A stretch of 39,728 bases of DNA. Origin: Acidobacteriota bacterium (lineage in GTDB: Bacteria > Acidobacteriota > Thermoanaerobaculia > Multivoradales > UBA5704). Positions within the stretch are counted from its first letter, which is position 1. Every line of letters begins with the position of its first letter. The notes under the pieces are model-generated. The model was not told where the DNA came from, ran no database searches, and saw only the letters and a program-made list of their open reading frames with translations. This document shows positions 24,662-34,593 of the stretch, piece after piece. The translations under genes and the position numbers were made by a program. The stretch covers positions 1-39,728 of the forward strand of contig JBDTZG010000049.1 in the NCBI GenBank assembly GCA_040005235.1, written 5' to 3'.

Positions 24662-27463
24662 TCACCGTCCGCCCAAGAAAGGAACGCTTTCGAGCCCGCC
24701 CGCCGGCTTGGGCATGAGCGGATGCTGGCGAAGATCCTCTCCGAAGTCCGAGCGGACGGCCTCCAGGAAATCCTGGTTGGTCCCCCTTCCGGCCAGCACT
24801 TTCCCGATCACGACGAGAGCGTGACGGCTAAAGTTTCCCTGCCCATCCTCTTCGAAGGCGACCTCGTTGTCGCGGCAGGCCGCGATGCTCACGACACCTG
24901 GGAGGGGGTTCCTTTCGCCGACCGGGGGGGCGCTCCTCGTCCCACGGCGAACCCTCTCGTGCGCCGCGATTTCGCTCGCGTTGAGCCGGAGAAACCGTGG
25001 CACGGCCCCTTGAGTCGAACGGGAGACTGGCGGGGCGAACCGGGAGTTGGTGCCGGAGTGGCAGCAGTCCATCAGCAGGGTGAGCGTCGTGCCGCGGCGG
25101 AGTCCCTGGCAGAGCTCGTAGAGGTCGTCGTCGATCAGCAGCGCGCCCTGGTCGAAGTCGACCGGCACGAGAACCTCGTCGAATCGGTCGCGCTCATCCC
25201 CCGAGACATCTTTGACCTGAGCACCGTGGCCGGAATACTGGAAGACTAATTGATCCCCGGCGCGCCCGTCGCGCAGGAGGTCGCGCAGTCCGCGCACGAG
25301 GTTCGCGCGCGTCGCCTCGCCATCGTGAAGCTCGCGGACCTCGAACCCGAGTTTCCGGAGCGCGGCGGCCCAGTTGCGGCTGTCTCGAACGCAACCGGTG
25401 AGAGGCTGGCGGGGGTACCTGTCGATTCCCACGCAGAGGGCGATCCGGCGACCGACGCCGCTCGGGCCCGCGGCCGGCTTCGGGTCCTCGCTGGCCGGAA
25501 GATCGCTCCCGTCCAATTCGTCTTCGACCGCCGCGGTTTTCCGGCAACAGCAGCAAGGGGCCTCGGAAGCGGCCGCCGCAAAGTCCTCGTCGAGGTCGCG
25601 GAAGACGTCGCGCGAAGATTTGCATCCCGAGGTGCCCGGCCACGGAAATTTCACCAACGGCGAGGGAACCGCCTTTGGATCTCCGAGAATCTCCCGCAGC
25701 GCGCTCGTCACCGTCGCTTCCTCGTTGTCGAAGCAGCCGTGTCGGGTGGCTTTCGTCCTCGGGTTCTGGGGGAAGTCGTCCGCCGGCACCGCGAAGTCGA
25801 TCTGTGCGAGCGGATCGGCTTCTTTGGAGGAAGCGCTGAGGACGCCGGGCGCGCCGGGCAGGCCGAACAGCGCACGGGTCTTGGGGTCGCCGTAGAGGTC
25901 GCGCTCGAGCCCCAGGATCCTCCCGTCGGTGTCGTCTTCGCACGCCTGGCGCACGTAGTAGAGGAGCGACTTGGTGTAGATCGTTGCAACGTCGTCTTCG
26001 CGCTCGGCTGCGTCGTTCATGGTGAACTGGCGGAGGCGTCGGATTCCGGCCATCGCGGTGCGATGGACGTTGGGCAACACCTCGTCGACGAAGTCGTCGA
26101 TTCGGATCGCGGGAGCGAAGTAGCTGAGGGTCGAGAACTCGACACCCCCCTGGAGGGCGAGTTTCATGAAGGGGGCGAGGAGGATCGGCCCGGTGCTGTG
26201 GCCGATGGCGTGAAGTTTGGCCTGCCCCGGATGAGCGGCGAGCCAGACCTTCAGCTTCTGCCAGAACTGGTACAGGCCGCCGGCTTCCCCTTCGCCCGCG
26301 TCTTTCGCCGAGCAGCGCCGCGCGTTCGCCTTCATCCGGCGCCAGACCTTCCGGGCTACCACCTGGGTCAGACCTTCGAGAATCTTGTCGGAAAGCTCCC
26401 CGCGGGCCGCGGTTCCTCGCCCGATCTCGCGGCGACCTTCGAAGATCGCCTGCAACAGGCTCGACTCCCAGACGAAGAAGATCGGGTAGACGCCGTTGGC
26501 CCGCCACCAGGGGGCGATCGTGCGAGCGTAGTCGAGCGCCCCTTTTTCGGTCACCAACCCGCCGTGGGCGTAGAGGAGAAGGTGTTTGCACTCGCCCGAA
26601 TCGAAGGCATTCTTCAGGTGGACATCGACGAGCCGGGCGAGGTCTTCGGGTTTGTTCGTGAAGTCGCCCTTCACCGAAAGAAACCCTTGCGAGGTATTGA
26701 CGACGTAAGGAATCAGGTCGCGGTACTTGTCGGCGACCTCTCTTACGCCATCGGCAGTCGGGCCGAGGAGGTCTCGATCGATCCAGCGCGCGAGGAGCAC
26801 CTGCTCTTCGACCGACGCGGCATCCTCGGGAACTTCGGAGAAGAGGGTGTTTTCCTCCAGATCCTTGTCGAACATCGCGTCGCGGTCGATCGCCGTCCGC
26901 TCGATGCCTCGCGGCACCGTGATTTCGGCGGCGCGGGGTTCGTCGGCCAGCCGTTTGGCGATCTCCTTGCGGAAGACTTTGGGGTCGAGCGCGTTGCCCG
27001 GACAGGTCTTACCGGTGTTCGGAAACTCGCGGTGGAAGCGAACGGCGTCCTCCTTGAGCCCGAACTTTCGCAGCACGGAGCAGACGACCCCTTGGGCGGC
27101 CTCCTTCTGCCTGCCGTCGAAAGTGTCTTTGTTCTGGTCGAAGAGCCCGACCATCTCGATCATGAAGGGGCCCGCCGCTGTCGTTCCGTTGTGCCTGCGA
27201 ACGCTCGCCGGCATGGCGTCGAAGGGCCGGCCGGTCCAGAGGAGCCCGCTCGGGTCGACCGTCAGATGCTGGGCGATGTCGTTCATCCCGTGGCTCTGGT
27301 GAAAACGCCGCATCGCCTCGATCGAGGCGAGCCCTCGGAACTCGGCGTGATTCGGATGGTCGGTGCAGTGGACGTGGACCTGGGTGATCTTCCGCGCCGG
27401 GACCCACGATTCGAGGGCGGAGTCGAACTCTTCCGGGGTGAGGACTTGAATCGGCTTTGGCAT
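24662..27463 (-). CDS. Fusion of Amidase_2 (T7 lysozyme/PGRP-like), alpha-beta hydrolase and C14 metacaspase domains
   Basis: VHVHCT..DIAQHL..WTGRP..FHREF..KTCPG; YAHGGL..FFVWES..IGHSTG..APAI..HGCFDN; IALCVGIDRY..QYSGHG..MDCCHSG. Start placed at MPKPIQ (uncertain). Confidence 0.85.
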   Translation of the reverse strand: MPKPIQVLTPEEFDSALESWVPARKITQVHVHCTDHPNHAEFRGLASIEAMRRFHQSHGMNDIAQHLTVDPSGLLWTGRPFDAMPASVRRHNGTTAAGPFMIEMVGLFDQNKDTFDGRQKEAAQGVVCSVLRKFGLKEDAVRFHREFPNTGKTCPGNALDPKVFRKEIAKRLADEPRAAEITVPRGIERTAIDRDAMFDKDLEENTLFSEVPEDAASVEEQVLLARWIDRDLLGPTADGVREVADKYRDLIPYVVNTSQGFLSVKGDFTNKPEDLARLVDVHLKNAFDSGECKHLLLYAHGGLVTEKGALDYARTIAPWWRANGVYPIFFVWESSLLQAIFEGRREIGRGTAARGELSDKILEGLTQVVARKVWRRMKANARRCSAKDAGEGEAGGLYQFWQKLKVWLAAHPGQAKLHAIGHSTGPILLAPFMKLALQGGVEFSTLSYFAPAIRIDDFVDEVLPNVHRTAMAGIRRLRQFTMNDAAEREDDVATIYTKSLLYYVRQACEDDTDGRILGLERDLYGDPKTRALFGLPGAPGVLSASSKEADPLAQIDFAVPADDFPQNPRTKATRHGCFDNEEATVTSALREILGDPKAVPSPLVKFPWPGTSGCKSSRDVFRDLDEDFAAAASEAPCCCCRKTAAVEDELDGSDLPASEDPKPAAGPSGVGRRIALCVGIDRYPRQPLTGCVRDSRNWAAALRKLGFEVRELHDGEATRANLVRGLRDLLRDGRAGDQLVFQYSGHGAQVKDVSGDERDRFDEVLVPVDFDQGALLIDDDLYELCQGLRRGTTLTLLMDCCHSGTNSRFAPPVSRSTQGAVPRFLRLNASEIAAHERVRRGTRSAPPVGERNPLPGVVSIAACRDNEVAFEEDGQGNFSRHALVVIGKVLAGRGTNQDFLEAVRSDFGEDLRQHPLMPKPAGGLESVPFLGGR

Positions 27464-27684
27464 GAAGCGAACCCTCTGAGCGGTGCAAACGATCTGGAGG
27501 TCGACGGAGAGAGCTCGGAGGCTCGATCCGGGTTGACCGCCGTGAGTTTTCAAGGTGGACGGACGCAGCCCGTTGGTTTCCCGATCCTTTTTCGGCGCAA
27601 ATCATGCCTTCCGCGAGCGAAGGATCTTCAGGGGCGACCTGACCAGAGATGTACGGTTCCGGGAGTGACTCGCATGAGCTGGTT

Positions 27685-29373
27685 TTACATCTTCCCGTAG
27701 CTGGGACCTCCGCCCCCTTCGGGCGGGACCCAGGTGATGATCTCGTAGGGGTCCATGATGTCGCAGGTCTTGCAGTGGACGCAGTTGCTGGCGTTGATTT
27801 GGAGCTTTTTGCCGGAGGGGGTGGTCGGGTCGGGGACCATTTCGTAGACGGCGGCCGGGCAGAAGCGTTGGCAGGGGTTGTCGTAGGACTTCGCGCACTG
27901 GTCGGCGCAGATGGAGAGGTCGGCCACGTGAAGATGGACCGGCTGGTCCTCTTCGTGGGCGGTTCCTGAGTTGTAGACGTCGGTCAGGCGATCGAAGGTC
28001 AGAATGCCGTCGGGGGTGAAGGGTACGGGTTTGGGAATCGAGCGGCCGGCAGGCGAATCGAGCGCGACCATCCGCTCGTGGCCGCTTTCCGTGCTCAATC
28101 GGTCTTTGAAGCCCCAACCGCGGCCGTTCGTCACCAGGCCGAGGCCGGCTTGGAGCATGCCGAACGGCAGGCCATGGTCGAATGACTGGTGGAAGTTGCG
28201 GACCGGCCAGAGCTCCGTCTTGATCCAGCTCGCTTCGACTTTCTGTTGATAGACGGCGAGGCGCTCCGCGGTCGGCTCGCCCGCGAGCAGCGCTTCGAAG
28301 ATCGTGTCGGCCGCGAGCATGCCGGACTTCATCGCCAGGTGAATGCCTTTGAGACGCTGGCTGTTCAGCATGCCGGCCGAGTCGCCGACGATCAGAAAGC
28401 CGTCGCCGAACGAGCGCGGCATCGACCACCAACCCCCTTCGGGGATCGCCTTGGCGCCGTAAAACGCCATCTTGCCGCCGGTCAAGATCTTGGCGATCTC
28501 CGGATGGGTCTTCATACGCTGGAACTGGGCGTGGGGATCGAAATGCGGGTTCTTGTAGTCGAGCCCGGCGACCAGGCCGACGATCGCCTGATCCCCCTTC
28601 ATGCCGTAGAGGAAGCCGCCGCCGAAATTGCTCCAGCCGAGCGGCCAGCCCATGGTGTGGACCACCTGGCCCGGCGCGATCCGGCCCGCGGGCAGGTCCC
28701 AGATCTCCTTGATGCCGATCGCGTAGATCTGCGGGTTCTGGCCCTGCCCCAGCTGGAACCGCTCTTCGAGCTGCTTGGCGATCGTGCCGCGCGGCCCTTC
28801 GCCGAGCACCACGACGCGGCTTTTGATGTCGATCCCCGGTTCGTAGTTGGCCTTTTTGTGCCCCTCTTTGCTCAGCCCCTTGTCGCCCGTGCGCACGCCC
28901 ACCACGCGGCCCTCTTCGATCAGCGCCTCGACCGCGGGGAATTCGTGGAAGACGTCGACCCCCGCGGCTTCGACCTTGCCCGACAGCCATTTCATCAGCC
29001 GGCCGAGCGAGGCGACGTAGCAGCCGTGGTTGTTGAGCGGCGGCGGGATCGGCATTGAGAACGATCCCTTCTCGGTGAGGTAGAGAAGTTTCTCTTTGCC
29101 TACCTCGGCCTCGAACGGCGCGCTCTGCCAGTCCTCGGGGAAAAGCTCCTTCATCGCCCTTGGATCGACGACGGCGCCGGAGATCGCGTGCGCGCTCGGG
29201 TCTTTGCCTTTTTCGAGCACGGCGATGGCCAATTCCATCTTCTGGCCGCCGCCGGGGAGGTTCTTGTTGTGCTCTTCGAGCCGCTGCGCCAGCCGGTAGG
29301 CCCCGGCGAGGCTCGCCGGACCGGCGCCGACGAAGACGACATCGAGCTCTAGAGTTTCGCGCTCAGGTGACAT
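27685..29373 (-). CDS. Electron transfer flavoprotein-ubiquinone oxidoreductase
   Basis: VGAGPASL FAD motif, GIKEIW, IPEGG, LKGIHLAMKSG, C-terminal 4Fe-4S motifs CQRFCPAAVYE..NCVHCKTCDI..WVPPEGGGGP. Confidence 0.95.
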   Translation of the reverse strand: MSPERETLELDVVFVGAGPASLAGAYRLAQRLEEHNKNLPGGGQKMELAIAVLEKGKDPSAHAISGAVVDPRAMKELFPEDWQSAPFEAEVGKEKLLYLTEKGSFSMPIPPPLNNHGCYVASLGRLMKWLSGKVEAAGVDVFHEFPAVEALIEEGRVVGVRTGDKGLSKEGHKKANYEPGIDIKSRVVVLGEGPRGTIAKQLEERFQLGQGQNPQIYAIGIKEIWDLPAGRIAPGQVVHTMGWPLGWSNFGGGFLYGMKGDQAIVGLVAGLDYKNPHFDPHAQFQRMKTHPEIAKILTGGKMAFYGAKAIPEGGWWSMPRSFGDGFLIVGDSAGMLNSQRLKGIHLAMKSGMLAADTIFEALLAGEPTAERLAVYQQKVEASWIKTELWPVRNFHQSFDHGLPFGMLQAGLGLVTNGRGWGFKDRLSTESGHERMVALDSPAGRSIPKPVPFTPDGILTFDRLTDVYNSGTAHEEDQPVHLHVADLSICADQCAKSYDNPCQRFCPAAVYEMVPDPTTPSGKKLQINASNCVHCKTCDIMDPYEIITWVPPEGGGGPSYGKM

Positions 29374-29463
29374 CGGGTTCGCTTCCCTTGGAAGGTTCAA
29401 ATCGGGTTCGTTGAAAACCCGACGGATGCTAGCACCCGAAGCGAACGGAGGGATGGGCCGGTA

Positions 29464-30267
29464 TTACCGCTTGCGCAACCGGAACTTCTGCGCCGCCGAC
29501 TCGCCCTGCGCGTCGAGGACGCTCCAGAAGTAGTCGACCCCGCTCTTCAGCTTCGCCCGCTCGGCGGCGGGAAGCTCGACGCGCTCCCCGGTGGTCTCGG
29601 GGCTCTGCCACTGATAGGGGGGATCGGTCGCGAACAGGAGCACGCGCTTCGGCTCGTGGTCGGGGTTGGCGAAGCGGATCTCGCTCGGCGCCCGGTCGAG
29701 CCGGCCGGTTGGCGCGACCTCTCCGGTGGGCGAGGAGGGACCGCCGCGCTGGACGTCAGGACCAGCGGGACCGCCGGGAGCGGGCGGCGAGCCGGAGGCC
29801 ACCTGGATCGGCGTGATCGTCGGGACGGTCGAGGTACCGAGAAAGAACCCGAGGCCTAGGCCCACCGCGAGCGTCGCCGCGGCGGCCCAACCGGCGTAAC
29901 GCCAGGGGCTCGGGGTGGCGAGCGGCCGGGGCGAAGGCGTCGGGAATGGCACGATCGTCGCCTGCCGCGGTGCGGGAGGAGCCTGGACTTGGCCTCTGCG
30001 TGCGGGTTCGGCGGCGCCGGGGTTCGCGCGGTTCCGGAAGCGTTGCCAGGCGTCGTCGATCGCTTGCGGTGCCACCGCTTCGGGTTGCTCGAACGCTTCG
30101 AGATGGGCGATCTCGGCCGAGCAAACGGCGCAAGAGGCGGCGTGGGCGAAGACCTCCTCGTCGGCGGAGCTGCACGCTCCGGAGCGCTCGGCGGCGACCG
30201 CCAGATAGAGCTGCTCCGCGGTGGGGTGCGGCCCGCTTGGACGTGGCGGAATTTTCGGTTCGCTCAT
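29464..30267 (-). CDS. Putative membrane anti-sigma factor (zf-HC2-like N-terminus, single TM, extracytoplasmic domain)
   Basis: HPT..HAASCAVC (HxxxCxxC), TM WAAAATLAVGLGLGFFLG, Pro-rich linker, DVQRGG, YFWSV; ATGA-coupled to the sigma gene. Confidence 0.8.
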   Translation of the reverse strand: MSEPKIPPRPSGPHPTAEQLYLAVAAERSGACSSADEEVFAHAASCAVCSAEIAHLEAFEQPEAVAPQAIDDAWQRFRNRANPGAAEPARRGQVQAPPAPRQATIVPFPTPSPRPLATPSPWRYAGWAAAATLAVGLGLGFFLGTSTVPTITPIQVASGSPPAPGGPAGPDVQRGGPSSPTGEVAPTGRLDRAPSEIRFANPDHEPKRVLLFATDPPYQWQSPETTGERVELPAAERAKLKSGVDYFWSVLDAQGESAAQKFRLRKR

Positions 30268-30833
30268 GCGGCCCCCGCAAGGTGCTGGCGCAGTCGCCTG
30301 CGCGCGTTCCAGATCTGAACTTTTACCGTCGGCACGGACAGAGTCAAGCGCCGGGCCACCTCGCCGTAGGAGAGCCCCTGCTGAACGTGGAGCAGCAGAC
30401 AGGCCCGCATGCGGGCGGGGAGCACGGCCAGGGCTGCTACGGTGCGCGCCAGGTCCTCTCTTCCGTGCGCATTGTGTTCCGCCGACGGTCGCCCGTCGGC
30501 CACCGTGGCCGCCAGCGTTTCGCCGCCTTCCTCTCCCAACGGTCGGTCGAGAGAGTCGGTCTCGGGGGCGCGGCCGCGTCGACGCCATTCGTCGCGCGCG
30601 GCGTTTTTCGCCACCGTGTAGACCCAGGCGGCGAAGCTTCCCTCCGCTCGGAACTGCCCTTCAGAACGATAGACGTTCCAAAGAGCAGTTTGACTTAGAT
30701 CTTCGGCGTCGAAGTGGGAAAATCCCTGGGCGAGGAAATAGCTGCGCAGCCGCGGGTAGAACTCGCGGAAGGTGTCGTGGAAGTCTTCGGGAACGGATGG
30801 GTCGCTCGAAACGGCCATCGGTTGGGATGTCAT
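30264..30833 (-). CDS. ECF-type RNA polymerase sigma factor
   Basis: Region 2 DAEDLSQ..FAAWVYTVAKNAARD; region 4 LPARMRACLLL..GLSYGEVA..TVKVQIWNARRRLR. Confidence 0.93.
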   Translation of the reverse strand: MTSQPMAVSSDPSVPEDFHDTFREFYPRLRSYFLAQGFSHFDAEDLSQTALWNVYRSEGQFRAEGSFAAWVYTVAKNAARDEWRRRGRAPETDSLDRPLGEEGGETLAATVADGRPSAEHNAHGREDLARTVAALAVLPARMRACLLLHVQQGLSYGEVARRLTLSVPTVKVQIWNARRRLRQHLAGAA

Positions 30834-30899
30834 CGTACCTCTAGGCGCAGGAACCGGCTCCGGCGTTTCATTGGACTGCGAAGTTGTCTTTCCGGTTCC

Positions 30900-30938
30900 A
30901 AAAAGGCGAACGCCCCGGGGGCGGAACCCTCCGGGGCG
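30900..30938 (-). terminator. Rho-independent terminator after the cold-shock gene
   Basis: Minus strand hairpin CGCCCCGGAGGGTTCCGCCCCCGGGGCG followed by TTCGCCTTTTT. Confidence 0.6.
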
Positions 30939-30962
30939 CGAGCGGTACGGACGGTGAATCTC

Positions 30963-31166
30963 TCAGATGCGAACGACGTTTCGGGCCTGCGGACCCTTCG
31001 GGCCGTCGACGACGTCGAAGGAGACGCGGTCGCCCTCGCCCAGCGTGCGGAAGCCCTCTGCCTGGATGGCGGTCTGGTGGACGAACACGTCCGAGCCCTT
31101 GTCAGCGGTGATGAACCCAAAGCCCTTGGCGTCGTTGAACCACTTGACCGAACCCTGTTCCGACAT
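30963..31166 (-). CDS. Cold-shock protein (CspA family)
   Basis: [27 protein letters not shown]. Confidence 0.96.
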   Translation of the reverse strand: MSEQGSVKWFNDAKGFGFITADKGSDVFVHQTAIQAEGFRTLGEGDRVSFDVVDGPKGPQARNVVRI

Positions 31167-31284
31167 GAATCGACTCCTTGCAATATGCCGCGCGCTGCCG
31201 GGCGGCCCGGTTTGGAAAGCGGAGGAATCGTGGCACAGCCGATGGCACCCGGCAAGAGGGCAAAGGCGTTCTGAAACACGCTCG

Positions 31285-34200
31285 TCATCGCCAATCGCCG
31301 TCGAGCTGGAACGCGGCCCAATGGTAGGGGTGATGGAACGCTCCGGCGAGCATCTCGCGCTGGGCCAGGGCGAGCGCCCGGTCCTTCGGTTCGCCCGCCC
31401 CCAAGTGGGCGTAGAACCGGCGCATCAGCTCGGCGGTGGAGCGGTCCGAGACCGACCAGAGGGAGGAGAGCACGGTGCGCGCTCCGGCATAGTGAAACGC
31501 CCGGGTCAGTCCGAGCAGCCCTTCGCCCTGAGCTTCGAGCCCCAGCGCGGTCTCGCAGGCCGAAAGCGTCACCAGGTCGGCCGACAGTCTCAGGCGTTCG
31601 AAGATCTCCCACGCCTGAAGCAGGCCGTCGTCGCCCAAGCGGCCGGGCCGAGCCGGCGCGGAGAGCGCGAGCGCCGAATCGAGCGGGAAGCGGGGGTCGA
31701 GCAGCGCATGGCCGGCGAAGTGGACGATCCGACCTCGCGGCGCCTCCGCGAGGAAACGCGCTTCGGTCGCCTGGGCGCCCAAGAACGAACGGGCGGGCCG
31801 GAGCAGTCCGGCCACCTGCTCGACCTCGCCGCGGCTCGCCGGCAGCGGTTCGAGCCCGGCGCGAAAGCGCACGGACGGCCGGGGCCCTCGGCTCGCGGCC
31901 GTGCCGGGCCGGCCGCCGTAGCGCGGATCGCCGAACGCAACCAAGGCTTCGGCCGCCGGCTTTTCGCTGCGCATCCTGCCGAGCTCGGCGGCGAGGGTGG
32001 CGGAGAGCACGGTCGAGAGCGGCCAGCGCTCCGCAAGGAAGGGCGGGCCGGGTAGCGACGCGCCCGATGCGCCCGATCCGGCCGGCGCCACGAGGGCGGC
32101 GAACGGCAGCGCCGCGAGCGGGCCGTCGGCAGAGATCCGCAAGCGCTCGGCCTTGTCGAGCCACGGGGCGACGGGAGCGAGCAGCCGCGAAAACAGCCGG
32201 GCCCCGAGCGCGCGGAGCGGCCGGTCGTCGCCGGTCCCCTGGCCCGCGAGCATCAAGCTGCGAAACGCCGCGACCTCGCTGCCGAGCGCTTCACGGCCGA
32301 GCGGGATCGTCGCCACGGCGAGGCCGTCCGCCGGGGCGCCGGCAAGCCCTTCCGGCATCAGCACGAACAGCGTGGTGCGGCGCTCGCCGACCGAATAGGC
32401 GAGGCCGATCTCGCCCGGGGAAAGCGTGCGGCGGGCGCCAGCCGCGTCAAGCGGGACGGGCGCGGCGATCGCGGCGTAGCGCGGCGAGATGCGGCGCACC
32501 TTGGCCCGCAGGTTCTCGCGCTCGCCGAACACCCGCGCCCGTCGGGCGATCAGCTCGTCGATTTTGGCCGATTGGGTCGCCGGATCGAGAGCGCCGATCT
32601 CCTGCTCGAATTGGGCGAGCCGCGCGTCGATCCGGCGCTGCTGCTCGACCAGCTCGGCGGGCAACTCGGCGGGGGGGGCGAGATCGCGCTCTCCGAGCAG
32701 GTCGAGAAGGCTTCGGGCGCGGAATCGTTCGAGCGTCCGGTAGGCCTCGCCGGGCTGGCCGAGGTCGACCTTCAGCTCGATCGCTTCCCGATAGAGCCGC
32801 GCGAACTGGGCGCGAAAGCGGGTTGCGTCGAGGTCCGATCCGCCGAGGCGCCGGACGCTGCGGTCGAGCGCGTCGAGCGCGCGGGTGAAATGCCCCTCGG
32901 CCTGGGCGGTCAGGCCGCGTCGCCGTTCCACCCGCCCGAGCAGGCCGAGCGCGTCGGCCTCTTCGACCGCGCCGGGCACCGCGCGCTCGTAGATCGAAAG
33001 GGCGCGCCGGATCGCCGGTTCCGCCCGCCGCAGGTCTTCCGGCGTGCCGAGGTCGAGCAGCAGAGCGGCCGCCCGGCGGAGGGGAAGGGCGACCTCCAGG
33101 GAATCCGGCAGGTTGTGGACCCCCAGGAGCGCCTCGCCGATCCACGCCCGCGCCGCCCCGGCATCTCCTCGCGCGAGAGCGATCTCGCCGAGATTGATCA
33201 GGTCGACCGCAACGAGCGGAGATCCGGGCGCGATTTTTCGTTGCAGGTCGAGGGCGCGCGCCGCGTACCCTGCCGCCCGGTCGGAGGCGCCCTGGGCGTT
33301 GGCGACCGTGGCGAGGCTGGTGAGCGCGCTCGCGACCGAGGGGCCGCCGGGGGCGAGCACTTCGAGGACCGCGAGCGCCTCCTTGTCGCGCGCCTCGGCC
33401 TCCGCGAAGTCGCCGCGGCGCTCGGCGACCGAGCCGAGCTGGGCGAGGGCGTTGGCAGCCGTCTCCCCTTTGGGATTGAGCGTGCGGCCGGTACGCAGCG
33501 CCTCTTCCAGCAGCTCGTCGGCGGAATCGAGATGGCCGCGCGCGATCGCCACGTCCGCCAAGTTGAGCAGGATGCTCGGCACCTTCTGGGAGCCCGGCTC
33601 CAGCCGCCGGACAAGCAGGAGAGCCCGCTGCTGGTAGCGCTCCGCCTCGTCCAGGCGGGCGCGCAGCCGGGCGAGGATGCCGAGGTTCATGTAAAGCGAC
33701 GAGATGAAGCGGCCCTCCGGGACCTTCCGTTCCGCGGTGTCGAGAGCGGCGCGCAGGTGGACGTTCGCCCCTTCGAGGTCGCCACGGATTCCGGCGCAGG
33801 TGGCCAGGGTGTTCTCGGTAAAAGCCAGGGTGATGCTGCCCGGCGCTTGGACGATCTGGACTTGCCGCGCCCGGTTCAAGGCCGCGACCGAGGCGTCGAG
33901 ATTTTCGCGCTGGAACTCCAGGCGCCCACGCACCGCCCACGCCGCCGCCTCGGCCAGGCTCCCCGGGTCCAGCCGGTGATGGATCTCGATCGCCGACTCG
34001 ACGTCCGGCAGGGAGACGTCCGGATTCTCGACCGTAATCCGGCCGTCCGTTCGCCGTTGACGGATCAGGGCGAGGAACTGCTCGTCGTGCCGCGTTTGGG
34101 CAAAGCGCTCGGCCGCGGCATAGCTCGCCTCGGCTTCCTTCCCCTCATGCGCCTCGGCGTGCAGGGAGGCCTGCCGCAGGTGGTCCCAGGCCTGGGCAAA

Positions 34201-34593
34201 CGGGGTTTTCGACCGCTCGGTGCCGTAGCGGATTCGCCAATCGTCGGCGTCGAGCCGAAAGTTGAGACGCTCGGGTTTGCCGCCGGGCTCGGCGGCATCC
34301 CGCTCGATCTGGAGCTCCACCGGTCCGCGCGGCGCCTGCTCGATCTCGAACAGGCTCACCGACAGCGGGTCGTCCGGCACCAGCTCGGCGCCCTGTGGAT
34401 TGGCCGGCGGGGCCGGCAGCCGGACGAGCTTCACGATTCGGTCGCCCTGCCGAAGGCCGGCGACCGATCCCACGCCTCCGGGGAGGATCTGCGCGATGAC
34501 GACCGCCCCGTCCGGCCGGGGCGGGCGGGGCGCGGGACAACCCCCGAAGACGAACGTGAGCGCAATGAGCGCGGGAAGACGGACAAGTTTCAC
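31285..34593 (-). CDS. Lipoprotein PDZ-TPR-CHAT (caspase-like) protease, paralog 2
   Basis: GTG start overlapping the upstream TGA; lipobox FVFGGC; PDZ-like AGLRQGDRI; TPRs; CHAT motifs [36 protein letters not shown]. Confidence 0.9.
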   Translation of the reverse strand: MKLVRLPALIALTFVFGGCPAPRPPRPDGAVVIAQILPGGVGSVAGLRQGDRIVKLVRLPAPPANPQGAELVPDDPLSVSLFEIEQAPRGPVELQIERDAAEPGGKPERLNFRLDADDWRIRYGTERSKTPFAQAWDHLRQASLHAEAHEGKEAEASYAAAERFAQTRHDEQFLALIRQRRTDGRITVENPDVSLPDVESAIEIHHRLDPGSLAEAAAWAVRGRLEFQRENLDASVAALNRARQVQIVQAPGSITLAFTENTLATCAGIRGDLEGANVHLRAALDTAERKVPEGRFISSLYMNLGILARLRARLDEAERYQQRALLLVRRLEPGSQKVPSILLNLADVAIARGHLDSADELLEEALRTGRTLNPKGETAANALAQLGSVAERRGDFAEAEARDKEALAVLEVLAPGGPSVASALTSLATVANAQGASDRAAGYAARALDLQRKIAPGSPLVAVDLINLGEIALARGDAGAARAWIGEALLGVHNLPDSLEVALPLRRAAALLLDLGTPEDLRRAEPAIRRALSIYERAVPGAVEEADALGLLGRVERRRGLTAQAEGHFTRALDALDRSVRRLGGSDLDATRFRAQFARLYREAIELKVDLGQPGEAYRTLERFRARSLLDLLGERDLAPPAELPAELVEQQRRIDARLAQFEQEIGALDPATQSAKIDELIARRARVFGERENLRAKVRRISPRYAAIAAPVPLDAAGARRTLSPGEIGLAYSVGERRTTLFVLMPEGLAGAPADGLAVATIPLGREALGSEVAAFRSLMLAGQGTGDDRPLRALGARLFSRLLAPVAPWLDKAERLRISADGPLAALPFAALVAPAGSGASGASLPGPPFLAERWPLSTVLSATLAAELGRMRSEKPAAEALVAFGDPRYGGRPGTAASRGPRPSVRFRAGLEPLPASRGEVEQVAGLLRPARSFLGAQATEARFLAEAPRGRIVHFAGHALLDPRFPLDSALALSAPARPGRLGDDGLLQAWEIFERLRLSADLVTLSACETALGLEAQGEGLLGLTRAFHYAGARTVLSSLWSVSDRSTAELMRRFYAHLGAGEPKDRALALAQREMLAGAFHHPYHWAAFQLDGDWR

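Noticed and set aside
27600-27680. Possible degenerate repeat or insertion boundary (gcgagcgaaggatct) beside the caspase islet
   Set aside because: No second copy or target-site duplication found in the window.
25250-27700. 816-aa + strand ORF and other long Arg/Pro/Gly-rich ORFs across the window
   Set aside because: Shadow frames expected in high-GC DNA, opposite or overlapping well-supported genes.
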